A stretch of 64,000 nucleotides of DNA from Candidatus Oxydemutatoraceae bacterium (lineage in GTDB: Bacteria; Pseudomonadota; Gammaproteobacteria; Poriferisulfidales; Oxydemutatoraceae). Numbering within the stretch: position 1 is the stretch's first letter; the number at the start of each line of letters is the position of its first letter. The notes beneath the pieces were generated by a model. The model did not search any database. It saw only the letters and a list, made by a program, of their open reading frames with translations, and had not been told where the DNA came from. The position numbers and the translations under genes were made by a program. Shown in pieces: positions 54,817-64,000 of this stretch. Location of the stretch: assembly GCA_965218975.1 (NCBI GenBank), contig OZ244717.1:1984001-2048000 (forward strand). The letters run 5' to 3'.

Positions 54817-56307
54817 TTAAGTAAGACATGACACATCATCCTTTACCATCCGACGTGTCGCATTATTACGCCGCTCGCTCAGCTTTCGGAAATAATCTTT
54901 ACTCAAGTCATGCGCATACTTCCCATCAAAAACCGAGCATTCAAATGAGCGCAATTTTTTATTCCAAACCTGCACTGCTTTAATCAGGTCGCGGAGGTCC
55001 TGATAAATAAGAAAATCCGCGGCAATGGCATCGCAAACTTGCTGAGGACTTTTCTGGTAAGCAATCAATTCATCCAGGCAAGGCATATCAATTCCATAAA
55101 CATTAGGATAACGCACAGGAGGAGAAGCCGACGCAAAATAAACCTTTTTAGCTCCTGCATCCCGTGCCATCCTGACAATCTCACGCGATGTCGTGCCACG
55201 CACAATGGAGTCATCAACCAGCAATACATTCTTGCCCTGAAACTCAATGCCTAAAGGGTTTAGCTTCTGACGCACCGAACGGCTACGTTGCTGCTGTTGC
55301 GGCATGATGAAAGTCCTGCCGATATAGCGATTTTTAATAAACCCCTCACGACATGCGACACCCAAATCGCTTGCAAGTTCGAATGCGGCGGTGCGACTAG
55401 TGTCGGGTACCGGCATCACAACATCAATATCATAATCGGCCCATTCTCGCTTAATTTTCTCTGCCAAACAATTCCCCATATGCATCCGAGCTTTATGCAC
55501 AAATACATTATCAATCATCGAATCTGGGCGCGAAAAATATACGTACTCAAAAATACAGCTGCGATAACGCCCTTTATTATATTTTTCAGTATAAAAATCG
55601 CCCGTTGCGGTAATATAAACTGCTTCGCCGGGTTCAAGATCGCGCACTTTTTCAAACCCGGCGGTATCCAACGCAACACTTTCCGAAGCGATCATATATT
55701 CAACCCCCTGAGGTCCCTCTTTTTTTCCATAAACAATCGGGCGAATTCCGTAAGGATCACGAAACCCAAACACACCGCCGGCTGCTATCAACCCCACCAC
55801 CGCATAAGCGCCTAGGCAACGCTCGTGCACTCTTCTAATCGCACGGAAGATTTGCTTGGGGTCTAACATCAAAGAACGACTCATCAGTAATTCGTGCGCC
55901 AAAACATTGAGTAAAATCTCAGAATCGGAGCCAGTATTGATGTGCCGTAAATCTTGAGCAAACAACTCATTAACTAAAGTATCCGAGTTTACTAAGTTGC
56001 CGTTGTGCCCTAGGGCAATGCCATAAGGACTATTCACATAAAAAGGCTGGGCTTCGCTAATCTCGTGAGTTCCGGCAGTCGGATAGCGCACGTGCCCGAT
56101 ACCAAAATCGCCGCGTAATTTCTCAATGTGACCGGCATGAAACACATCGCGCACCAAACCATTTCCCTTGTGTCGATAAACATGCCCCGCCTCATCGCAA
56201 GTCACGATCCCGGCAGAATCTTGTCCACGGTGTTGCAGCACTGTTAGCGCATCATATAGCTGCACACTGACCGGGGGGTGACCACAAATTGCAACAATAC
56301 CGCACAT
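54817..56307 (-). CDS. purF: Amidophosphoribosyltransferase
   Basis: MCGI, QHRGQD, VDDSIVRGTT. Confidence 0.98.
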   Translation of the reverse strand: MCGIVAICGHPPVSVQLYDALTVLQHRGQDSAGIVTCDEAGHVYRHKGNGLVRDVFHAGHIEKLRGDFGIGHVRYPTAGTHEISEAQPFYVNSPYGIALGHNGNLVNSDTLVNELFAQDLRHINTGSDSEILLNVLAHELLMSRSLMLDPKQIFRAIRRVHERCLGAYAVVGLIAAGGVFGFRDPYGIRPIVYGKKEGPQGVEYMIASESVALDTAGFEKVRDLEPGEAVYITATGDFYTEKYNKGRYRSCIFEYVYFSRPDSMIDNVFVHKARMHMGNCLAEKIKREWADYDIDVVMPVPDTSRTAAFELASDLGVACREGFIKNRYIGRTFIMPQQQQRSRSVRQKLNPLGIEFQGKNVLLVDDSIVRGTTSREIVRMARDAGAKKVYFASASPPVRYPNVYGIDMPCLDELIAYQKSPQQVCDAIAADFLIYQDLRDLIKAVQVWNKKLRSFECSVFDGKYAHDLSKDYFRKLSERRNNATRRMVKDDVSCLT

Positions 56308-56330
56308 GATTAAATTTTTTCCATACCGGA

Positions 56331-56858
56331 TTAGCGATGAACGGAAGGGAATGAGAAGTAATTACTATAATCGGTCGGCAACTGCATCACCGTAAAATGA
56401 GCGAATGTTTCAAACATCGGTAGCAATTCGGACCTCTTCCATACATCAGATAACGGCAATTTAGTCAATCCAGCAATGGCAACCAATAATATAATTACGA
56501 CACCGCCGCGCGTAATTCCGAATACCAGGCCCAGAAAGCGATCGATATTGCCCGTGCCACTCATCACAACTATCCGACTGATACCGGCGCCAAGCAGGTG
56601 ACCTACTATCAACGTGCCTACGACAATCGTGATGAACGATATAATAAAACTCACATCATGACTGTCAACCTCTTGATTGAAAAAAAACCACTGCATTGCG
56701 GGCACCCATTGCGCAGGAACCGAAGAAAAATAAAATGCTAAAACTAATCCTCCGACTAACGCGATAATTGCAACTAGTTCTCTAACAAATCCCTTAATCA
56801 AACCAATCACCGCAGAAATAATAATGATTAGCAGCACTACGGCATCACTGATTTCCAT
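56331..56858 (-). CDS. cvpA: CvpA family membrane protein
   Basis: GFVRE and DRFLGLVFG; upstream of purF. Confidence 0.92.
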   Translation of the reverse strand: MEISDAVVLLIIIISAVIGLIKGFVRELVAIIALVGGLVLAFYFSSVPAQWVPAMQWFFFNQEVDSHDVSFIISFITIVVGTLIVGHLLGAGISRIVVMSGTGNIDRFLGLVFGITRGGVVIILLVAIAGLTKLPLSDVWKRSELLPMFETFAHFTVMQLPTDYSNYFSFPSVHR

Positions 56859-56871
56859 ACCGTCAGCCTAT

Positions 56872-57366
56872 TTATTGCTTTTTAAGCAATACATCATCCA
56901 ACCCTAAATTGCTTTTCAACTCTTCTGCCGCTTGTTGCATCTTTTGCTTATTATCGGGCCCGATTTCAACGAAAAACTTTTGCACACCCGCTTGAATGAG
57001 GCTTCGGTAGCCAGCAGCATAACCTTTTTCTTCCAGCATTAGAACTTGGTATTTTGCATTTTCCTCATTGGCAAATACACCAACTTGAACTTTCCATTGC
57101 CTTTCCGTTACAGATTCAAGCGGAGAGTTCTTAGTCACCGTATTGAGATCAATCTTCTCACGCAAACGTTGTAGCCCAGCTTTCCCTGGTGCCGGCAACA
57201 TATCAAACCTCTGATCAATCGTAATTTCCGGCTGCGCTGGAATATCCAGATTCATATCCGGTAGTTGTTTGTAGCCGCTGCCGTCAAAAATCAACGGAAG
57301 AAAAATTATAGCCAGCGAAACAATTGTAATAGCGCCGGCAAGCCTTTGCTTAATTTCCCGCTCCAT
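56872..57366 (-). CDS. dedD: DedD-like SPOR-domain cell division protein
   Basis: KQRLAGA + TM + WKVQVGVF; between folC and cvpA. Confidence 0.88.
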   Translation of the reverse strand: MEREIKQRLAGAITIVSLAIIFLPLIFDGSGYKQLPDMNLDIPAQPEITIDQRFDMLPAPGKAGLQRLREKIDLNTVTKNSPLESVTERQWKVQVGVFANEENAKYQVLMLEEKGYAAGYRSLIQAGVQKFFVEIGPDNKQKMQQAAEELKSNLGLDDVLLKKQ

Positions 57367-57388
57367 CAGTCGCTCGTGTCAAACAGCA

Positions 57389-58651
57389 TTATACGCCTGC
57401 GGCGATTGCTTCGGCTACTGTAACCATAGAGCCGAAAACAAGCAACCTATCTTCACTCTTCATCATCGCAAGTGCATTATGACAGGCATCAGATACCGAA
57501 ACTGTGTCATAAACCGGAACCCGGATTTTGTTTGCCTCCACAATCTCTTTCAGAACATCCAATCTGAGCGCTCGACTGGTATTGGGTTCAGTCAAGTACC
57601 AAACATCAACTAATGGAATAGTTTCACGTAGTATGCCGTGCACATCTTTATCCGAGAGTAACCCGAACACTGCATAAGTGCATCCTTCACATGGCAGATC
57701 GCGCAGGTTGTTTGCCAACACCGCTGCGCTGTGTGGGTTGTGCGCGATATCAAAAATCCGTAATTTCGCTCCTTGCTTAATCTCAAAACGGCCCGCCAAT
57801 CGCACTTGTTGCAAACCATCAATAGTTGCTTGCCGAATGACCGGCAATTGATCACGGATACAATGCAACGTCATCAGCGCAGTGGCAGCATTACACAATT
57901 GTGCACGACCAAATAGCGCAGGTTTGGGAACATCCCGAACGAGTTCTTCGCCTAAATGAAAATCGCATTTTTCTCCGACGGATATACAAGAAAAATCAGT
58001 CCCTTGACAATATAGATTCGCACCTTTTTTGCCGGCCACCTCGACAATCGTTTGCGGCAGGTCCGTATCACCGCATATCACCGGTTTATTGCGTCGCATG
58101 ATACCGGCTTTCTCGTATGCGATTGCTTCCCGGTCATGCCCCAACCACTTGACATGATCAATCCCTATACTAGTGATAACCGATGCCACCGGTTCAACAA
58201 TGTTGACCGCATCAAGCCTTCCGCCTAATCCGGTTTCTAAAATCATCATATCGAGCGGGAAACGCTTAAAACAATATAATGCCGCCAAAGTGCCAAATTC
58301 AAAAAAACTTAAACTAGTGCCATAGCGTTTACGATCAATAAAATCAAATGCTTCACATAACAAATGATCTTCAACCGCGCCTTCGTCAATACAAATGCGT
58401 TCGTTGTAACGCAACAAATGCGGCGATGTATAACTTCCCACATGATAACCGTGGGCGCACAAAATAGATTGTAAAATTGCAACGGTTGAACCTTTTCCAT
58501 TAGTCCCTGCAACCAGAATCACCGGTGTCTCAACCGGTAAAAGCCGGCAATTCTCGGCAACTGTACGAACGCGTTCAAGACCCAAATCAATAGCGATCGG
58601 ATGCAATTTTTCTTGCCACGCCAACCAATCAGATAATCTTGCGTGTCTCAC
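57389..58651 (-). CDS. folC: Folylpolyglutamate/dihydrofolate synthase
   Basis: GTNGKGS, ETGLGGRLDA, DIAHNP. Confidence 0.97.
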   Translation of the reverse strand: MRHARLSDWLAWQEKLHPIAIDLGLERVRTVAENCRLLPVETPVILVAGTNGKGSTVAILQSILCAHGYHVGSYTSPHLLRYNERICIDEGAVEDHLLCEAFDFIDRKRYGTSLSFFEFGTLAALYCFKRFPLDMMILETGLGGRLDAVNIVEPVASVITSIGIDHVKWLGHDREAIAYEKAGIMRRNKPVICGDTDLPQTIVEVAGKKGANLYCQGTDFSCISVGEKCDFHLGEELVRDVPKPALFGRAQLCNAATALMTLHCIRDQLPVIRQATIDGLQQVRLAGRFEIKQGAKLRIFDIAHNPHSAAVLANNLRDLPCEGCTYAVFGLLSDKDVHGILRETIPLVDVWYLTEPNTSRALRLDVLKEIVEANKIRVPVYDTVSVSDACHNALAMMKSEDRLLVFGSMVTVAEAIAAGV

Positions 58652-58699
58652 AACCGTATCACCAACGCTTTACGGATCACTAATCCTTGCAAAATAAAA

Positions 58700-59554
58700 T
58701 TATCTTAATGGAACATGAAGCAGTGAAAGAATGCTACCGATGCGATCCTTTAGTTCATGCCGCGGCACGATCATATCAATTGCGCCATGTTCAAGTAGAA
58801 ATTCACTACGTTGGAATCCCTCAGGCAAGTTCTCTCTCACGGTTTGCTTGATAACTCGAGGGCCGGCAAAACCAAGTAAAGCGCCGGGCTCGGCAATAAT
58901 CACATCTCCAAGCATTGCCAAACTTGCCGAAACTCCCCCCATTGTCGGATCAGTCAACACCGAGATAAACGGCAAGCGATGCGCCGAAAGTTTTTCCAGC
59001 ATTGCGGCAGATTTCGACATTTGGAACAGCGACACCAAAGACTCTTGCATCCGGGCGCCACCACTAGTCGCAAAACAAACAAGGGGTAATTTCTTAGCGA
59101 TACAATGATCAACCGCACGCCTGAAACGTTCGCCGACTACTGCACCCATTGATCCCCCAATAAACGAAAATTCAAATGCGGCAACAACCAGCAGCCGACC
59201 CAATAATTTGCCTTCCATTATTATCAAAGCGTCATTCTCGCCAGTCTGCTTCTGTGCTTGACTGAGACGATCGTTATATTTGATACGATCTTTAAATTTC
59301 AGGAAATCAAGTGGTTTAATTTGTGTGCCCAGTTCTTTTCTGCCATCCGGATCAAGAAAAGTATCCAACCGCTTACGTGCGCTAATCCTAGTCATGTGAT
59401 GACACTTGGAGCAAACGTACAAATTCTGCTCTAATTCGGGTTTATACAGCATTGCACCGCAAGCATCACATTTCTGCCACAGTCCTTCGGGTACCCGGCG
59501 CGTTGCCGTTGATTTTCTAATTCTTGATGGAATTAGTTTCTTATACCACCCCAT
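58700..59554 (-). CDS. accD: Acetyl-CoA carboxylase carboxyltransferase beta subunit
   Basis: C4 zinc finger, [13 protein letters not shown]. Confidence 0.98.
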   Translation of the reverse strand: MGWYKKLIPSRIRKSTATRRVPEGLWQKCDACGAMLYKPELEQNLYVCSKCHHMTRISARKRLDTFLDPDGRKELGTQIKPLDFLKFKDRIKYNDRLSQAQKQTGENDALIIMEGKLLGRLLVVAAFEFSFIGGSMGAVVGERFRRAVDHCIAKKLPLVCFATSGGARMQESLVSLFQMSKSAAMLEKLSAHRLPFISVLTDPTMGGVSASLAMLGDVIIAEPGALLGFAGPRVIKQTVRENLPEGFQRSEFLLEHGAIDMIVPRHELKDRIGSILSLLHVPLR

Positions 59555-60380
59555 ATTGAAACCTGGTTTCAGTCATAGTTGCATCGATTGTCTGACGAAT
59601 CGCAGACAATGCCACTAAAACTTTTTCGCGACGGGCAGCAATACTCAACGCCGGATTGCTAATAATCTTTACCAACGCGCTCCCAATCACAATACCGTCG
59701 GCAAAGCTTGCAATCTGTGCCGATTCCGTCGCGCTCTTGATACCAAATCCAACACTAATCGGTAGTTTGGTATGCCAGCGAATCATCTGCAGGTGTTGGC
59801 TCACATCTTGTATATCCAAATGCCCTGCGCCGGTTACGCCTTTTAATGCGACATAATAAATAAATCCCCGACTCACGTTGCAAATTTCCACTACTCTTTT
59901 TTCGGAAGTAGTCGGTGACAATAAAAATATCGGATCAATCCCTCCCGCCAGTAATGCCGCCCGACTTTCGGCGGATTCTTCCACCGGCAAATCAACCGTC
60001 AACACCCCGTCAACCCCTACTTGCTTGATCTGCTCGACAAACTCTTTCTGCCCGATCGCTTCAATCGGATTCTGATAACTCATCAGAATAATAGGAGTCA
60101 ACGAATCGCGCTGACGAAATTCACCTACCATACGCAATATGGCGGAAAGATTAACCTCGTGGGATAAGGCTCGCTCATAGGCTCGCTGTATTACCGGACC
60201 ATCGGCGATCGGATCGGAAAAAGGCACACCGAGCTCGATCATATCGGCCCCCGCTTGCACCAATGTATGCAGCAAACCGACAGTTTCTTGCGGATGCGGG
60301 TCACCGGCGGCGATATAAGGAATCAAAACACGTTTGTTATTTTCTTCAGCAGCGGAAAAACAATCGCTGATACGACTCAC
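59541..60380 (-). CDS. trpA: Tryptophan synthase alpha subunit
   Basis: [26 protein letters not shown]. Confidence 0.98.
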   Translation of the reverse strand: MSRISDCFSAAEENNKRVLIPYIAAGDPHPQETVGLLHTLVQAGADMIELGVPFSDPIADGPVIQRAYERALSHEVNLSAILRMVGEFRQRDSLTPIILMSYQNPIEAIGQKEFVEQIKQVGVDGVLTVDLPVEESAESRAALLAGGIDPIFLLSPTTSEKRVVEICNVSRGFIYYVALKGVTGAGHLDIQDVSQHLQMIRWHTKLPISVGFGIKSATESAQIASFADGIVIGSALVKIISNPALSIAARREKVLVALSAIRQTIDATMTETRFQYGVV

Positions 60381-61582
60381 AGCTCCATACCCTCAATTTT
60401 TGCAACTGTCGTCAAGTCTTTGTCTCCACGACCGGATAGATTAATCACAATGCTTTCATTTTTTGGCATTCTTGCGCAAAGCTTTTCCGCATAAGCAATC
60501 GCATGACTAGTTTCCAATGCGGGGATAATCCCTTCGCAACGCGTTAGGCGATGGAATCCCCGCAATGCTTCTTCATCGGACACAGCGACATATCGGGCGC
60601 GCTTGGTATCTTTCAAATAAGCATGCTCCGGCCCGACACCGGGATAATCCAAACCGGCGGATACGGAATGCGTCGATAAAATTTGCCCGTCACGCGACTC
60701 TAATAAATAGGTGCGATTTCCGTGTAACACTCCGGGTGTTCCCGCTACCAGCGATGCCGCATGTTTTTTACTATCCAGCCCCTCGCCTGCCGCTTCAACG
60801 CCATATAACGCAACACTCTCATCATCAAGAAACGGATAGAACAATCCCAATGCGTTCGAACCGCCACCGACACAGGCAACCAGAGCCTGCGGCAAATTCC
60901 CGGTCATCTCCAAAATTTGCTGTCGAGTTTCCCGACCGATAATCGATTGAAAGTCACGCACAATGGTCGGATACGGATGCGGACCGGCAACCGTCCCGAT
61001 AATATAAAACGTGTTATCAACATGCGTCACCCAGTCACGCATCGCTTCATTCATCGCATCTTTCAAAGTGCATGAACCTCCGGTTACAGGCACCACTTCG
61101 GCCCCTAACAAACGCATGCGATATACGTTGGGACTTTGCCGTCGGATATCTTCGGTCCCCATGAACACCACACACTCAACCCCTAAACGCGCAGCAACGG
61201 TCGCCGTTGCAACGCCATGCTGTCCGGCACCTGTTTCGGCAATTAAACGAGTCTTCTGCATACGCTTTGCCAACAATGCTTGTCCTAAAGCGCTGTTGAT
61301 CTTATGCGCACCGGTGTGGTTTAAATCCTCTCGTTTCAAATAAATCTGCGCTCCCCCGATTTCTTCGCTCCAGCGCTGTGCATGATATAAAGGACTGGGA
61401 CGCCCAACATAATGTTTAAGTTCATAGTCAAGTTCCGCATGAAATTCAGCATCATTTTTATAACGTTGGTAAGTCTCTTCCAGTGCATACAACGGATGCA
61501 TTAAGGTCTCGGAAACGAACCTCCCGCCATAAATGCCAAAATGACCATCTGCGTCAGGCATATTCTTTGTTTCATCCGACAT
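60377..61582 (-). CDS. trpB: Tryptophan synthase beta subunit
   Basis: [33 protein letters not shown]. Confidence 0.98.
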   Translation of the reverse strand: MSDETKNMPDADGHFGIYGGRFVSETLMHPLYALEETYQRYKNDAEFHAELDYELKHYVGRPSPLYHAQRWSEEIGGAQIYLKREDLNHTGAHKINSALGQALLAKRMQKTRLIAETGAGQHGVATATVAARLGVECVVFMGTEDIRRQSPNVYRMRLLGAEVVPVTGGSCTLKDAMNEAMRDWVTHVDNTFYIIGTVAGPHPYPTIVRDFQSIIGRETRQQILEMTGNLPQALVACVGGGSNALGLFYPFLDDESVALYGVEAAGEGLDSKKHAASLVAGTPGVLHGNRTYLLESRDGQILSTHSVSAGLDYPGVGPEHAYLKDTKRARYVAVSDEEALRGFHRLTRCEGIIPALETSHAIAYAEKLCARMPKNESIVINLSGRGDKDLTTVAKIEGMEL

Positions 61583-62219
61583 GCATTGAATCCTCATCAA
61601 TCTTGCGCACCACGCAAACAAATTGTTTCATCAACTGCGGGTTTTTAATACCTTTTTTTGCTTCAACACCACTTGAAACATCTACTGCATACGGATGTAG
61701 ACATCGAATGCTATCGGCAACATTATCCGCTGTCAGACCACCGCTGACAATCAACGGTACTTGCGTGTTCGGTCGGCATTTCGACCAGGCAAAAGTCTTA
61801 CCGGTGCCGCCGGCCTGTCCTACTTGATTCGAATCAAGCACAAACCCACTGGCGGTCGCAAGATACTCGTCAACATACGCGGCAAAATTGCCGACGGTTC
61901 CCATTGGAACCGACTTCCAATACGGCATAGCAAATGAAGCACAGAAATTCTCATGCTCCGACCCATGAAACTGCAAACAATCAAACGGTACATTTTTGAC
62001 TATCCGCATAATGTCATCGTACCGCGCATCCATAAATACGGCGATAGCCGACAATGACGGCGGTTTGCGTTCCAATAACTTTGCCGCATCTTGCGGCGTG
62101 ATATACCGCCCGCTAGAAGGATAAAACACCAAACCGATCGCGTCCACTCCGAGTTGCGCCGCAATTTCCATATCTACCTGACGGGTAATGCCGCATATTT
62201 TGATCCGTGTGCGCACCAC
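61572..62219 (-). CDS. trpF: Phosphoribosylanthranilate isomerase
   Basis: IKICGIT, QFHG, GGTG, DVSSGVE; start GTG ~62219. Confidence 0.96.
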   Translation of the reverse strand: MVRTRIKICGITRQVDMEIAAQLGVDAIGLVFYPSSGRYITPQDAAKLLERKPPSLSAIAVFMDARYDDIMRIVKNVPFDCLQFHGSEHENFCASFAMPYWKSVPMGTVGNFAAYVDEYLATASGFVLDSNQVGQAGGTGKTFAWSKCRPNTQVPLIVSGGLTADNVADSIRCLHPYAVDVSSGVEAKKGIKNPQLMKQFVCVVRKIDEDSMHVG

Positions 62220-62223
62220 TTCA

Positions 62224-63039
62224 TTATCCGCTTTGCGATATATCCTTACGGCAAGGAAAAGGAAACATACGATCAAACATTGTTACTTCAGGCAAATTAC
62301 ACCGCATATCATACTGCACGCCGATTAAATAAAGGCCGCTAGCCGCTGCGGTAAACCCGCCGTAGGTCCGATCACGCCGTGCAAGTAACTCGGCAAGCCA
62401 TTCAACCGGCATTGTCCCATTACCTATTAGGATTAAATTGCCAACAATGTTACGTACCATATGTTGAACAAAAGCATTAGCGCAGATATCAATCACGACA
62501 AAATCGTCCCAACGTTTGACCCTCACCTCAAATACACGACGCACCGGGCTTTTGGAATGACATCCTGCCGCACGAAAACTGCTGAAATCATGCTCGCCAA
62601 CCAGAATCTGAGCCGCTTCATGCATCAAAGCAGCAGATAAGGACTGGTACACATGCGTTGTGAAATGGCGTATCAATGCATGTTTTTCATTGCAGTTCAA
62701 TATTATATAACGATAATATCGGCGCACCGCGCTATAACGTGCATGAAAATCATCACGAACATTTACTACCGTTGAAATTGAAATATCTTCCGGCAAAAAA
62801 GATCCTGCACCACGCTGCCATTGATTAATACTGCGTTGCGCCTCGGTCGAAAAATGAATCACTTGCCCAAGCGCATGCACACCGGCATCAGTTCTCCCGG
62901 CACAAATCAATGTAACCGGATGGTTAGCTACCTGAGAAAAAGCATTTTCAACGCAATCTTGGATATTACGTGCGTGGGATTGGCTTTGCCAACCGCAAAA
63001 TTTTGTTCCGTCATACTCAATGACTGCGGCATACTTCAT
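62224..63039 (-). CDS. truA: tRNA pseudouridine(38-40) synthase
   Basis: YDGT..GWQ, AGRTDAGVHA, FHARYSA. Confidence 0.97.
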   Translation of the reverse strand: MKYAAVIEYDGTKFCGWQSQSHARNIQDCVENAFSQVANHPVTLICAGRTDAGVHALGQVIHFSTEAQRSINQWQRGAGSFLPEDISISTVVNVRDDFHARYSAVRRYYRYIILNCNEKHALIRHFTTHVYQSLSAALMHEAAQILVGEHDFSSFRAAGCHSKSPVRRVFEVRVKRWDDFVVIDICANAFVQHMVRNIVGNLILIGNGTMPVEWLAELLARRDRTYGGFTAAASGLYLIGVQYDMRCNLPEVTMFDRMFPFPCRKDISQSG

Positions 63040-64000
63040 TATTCAGACTCATGCCGTCTGTTATGAACGATATAACGTCCGATAACCATCAAAAAACCAA
63101 CACCGCTTACCATTGCCAATCCCCACCAGAAATAGGGTAATGCGACCCACTGATAAAATTTCGCTTTCCAAGTGGATTGCTCATGCGGTCTCGAAACTAT
63201 CGGAATCTCCTCTGATCGAACTGTTTCGCTTTGCGCGTATGCCAACTGATTTTCCAATACCGATAACTGACGTTGTAACATTTCCGCCGAAACTGCCCCG
63301 TCGTCTGTAAGCCGCTCGGTCAAACCTTCCTGCAGCAAACGATTCAGCAGAGGCTTTCCCGATACCGAAAACAAAATGTTGGTGACCGCCGCGGTCGCAC
63401 CGCGTTCAAGTTTTTGTGAAAATAGCTGCTCCTCTTCAAAAGTCATTAACGCACGTAGCCCTTCCGTAAACTCCTTATCAACGCTGTTTTCTCGTAAAGC
63501 GACAATCAGTCGGCGCTCACCTGATCGCATAAAATCATCCGTTTGCAAAGAACGTAGTTCCGCCATAACTTCAGCATGTGTTAAACCTTGATCAGCGCTT
63601 AACAAAACCAACAACTTCGATAATATTTCCGGCGCTGTTAGCGTTCTCTTCGGAGAAACTTCCGGCTCAATAATCGGCGCTCGCGTCAAGCGGATATGAC
63701 AGGGCTCAAACCGCACTGCTTCTGCAGTATCGATCTCAAGTAAAACTGTTGACATCTTTTGATTGAGCACGCCGATCGAACTGATAGCAACATAGGCGGG
63801 AACGGCGGAAAGTACGGGCTCCACCAAAATACGCCGATGCAAATCAGTGTAGGGAAGATTACGCTCTTTGTAATGCGCCGACGAAGCATGACGAAACCTC
63901 ATCTCCGCCAGCTTATCGCCAGCCGCATCAAGCACCCATCGCGCATCAAGGGTCTGCCCGAGATAACTATCAATTTTTAAGCGGCAGGTCTCAGCGACAG
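63039..64000 (-). CDS. Short, divergent FimV-like membrane protein (5' end beyond window)
   Basis: Frame open to the window edge; LKIDSYLGQTLDAR resembles the FimV N-terminus; C-terminal TM; upstream of truA. Confidence 0.55.
   Translation of the reverse strand, partial: VAETCRLKIDSYLGQTLDARWVLDAAGDKLAEMRFRHASSAHYKERNLPYTDLHRRILVEPVLSAVPAYVAISSIGVLNQKMSTVLLEIDTAEAVRFEPCHIRLTRAPIIEPEVSPKRTLTAPEILSKLLVLLSADQGLTHAEVMAELRSLQTDDFMRSGERRLIVALRENSVDKEFTEGLRALMTFEEEQLFSQKLERGATAAVTNILFSVSGKPLLNRLLQEGLTERLTDDGAVSAEMLQRQLSVLENQLAYAQSETVRSEEIPIVSRPHEQSTWKAKFYQWVALPYFWWGLAMVSGVGFLMVIGRYIVHNRRHESE

Overview
Gammaproteobacterial chromosome segment, mostly housekeeping genes: rpsL-rpsG-fusA-tuf-tRNA-Trp-secE-nusG-rplKAJL-rpoBC, lepA/mucD/rseC/nadB, dnaX-recR, grpE-dnaK-dnaJ-dapB, nadK-recN-fur-bamE, ptsHI, smpB, a tRNA Pro-Arg-His cluster and fimV-like-truA-trpFBA-accD-folC-dedD-cvpA-purF. 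Several genes normally found in these operons are missing from their usual positions (rpoE-rseA-rseB, thiD, ybaB), suggesting a shuffled, reduced genome such as a host-associated lineage. Accessory DNA consists of four decayed IS481-like loci (three subtypes), an IS-flanked glycosyltransferase/flippase cassette, a decaying methyltransferase + GHKL-ATPase/nuclease + Vsr module and a GT25 gene. The most unusual signal is a ~107-bp multi-hairpin unit in 10 copies. All lie inside the IS remnants, in one orientation, with one fixed end and one variable end that carries transposase sequence along; most copies replace a short stretch of transposase at microhomologies. Three IS ends also sit 28-29 bp upstream of sigma70 -10 boxes. 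All calls come from reading the sequence and ORF track; no searches were run.
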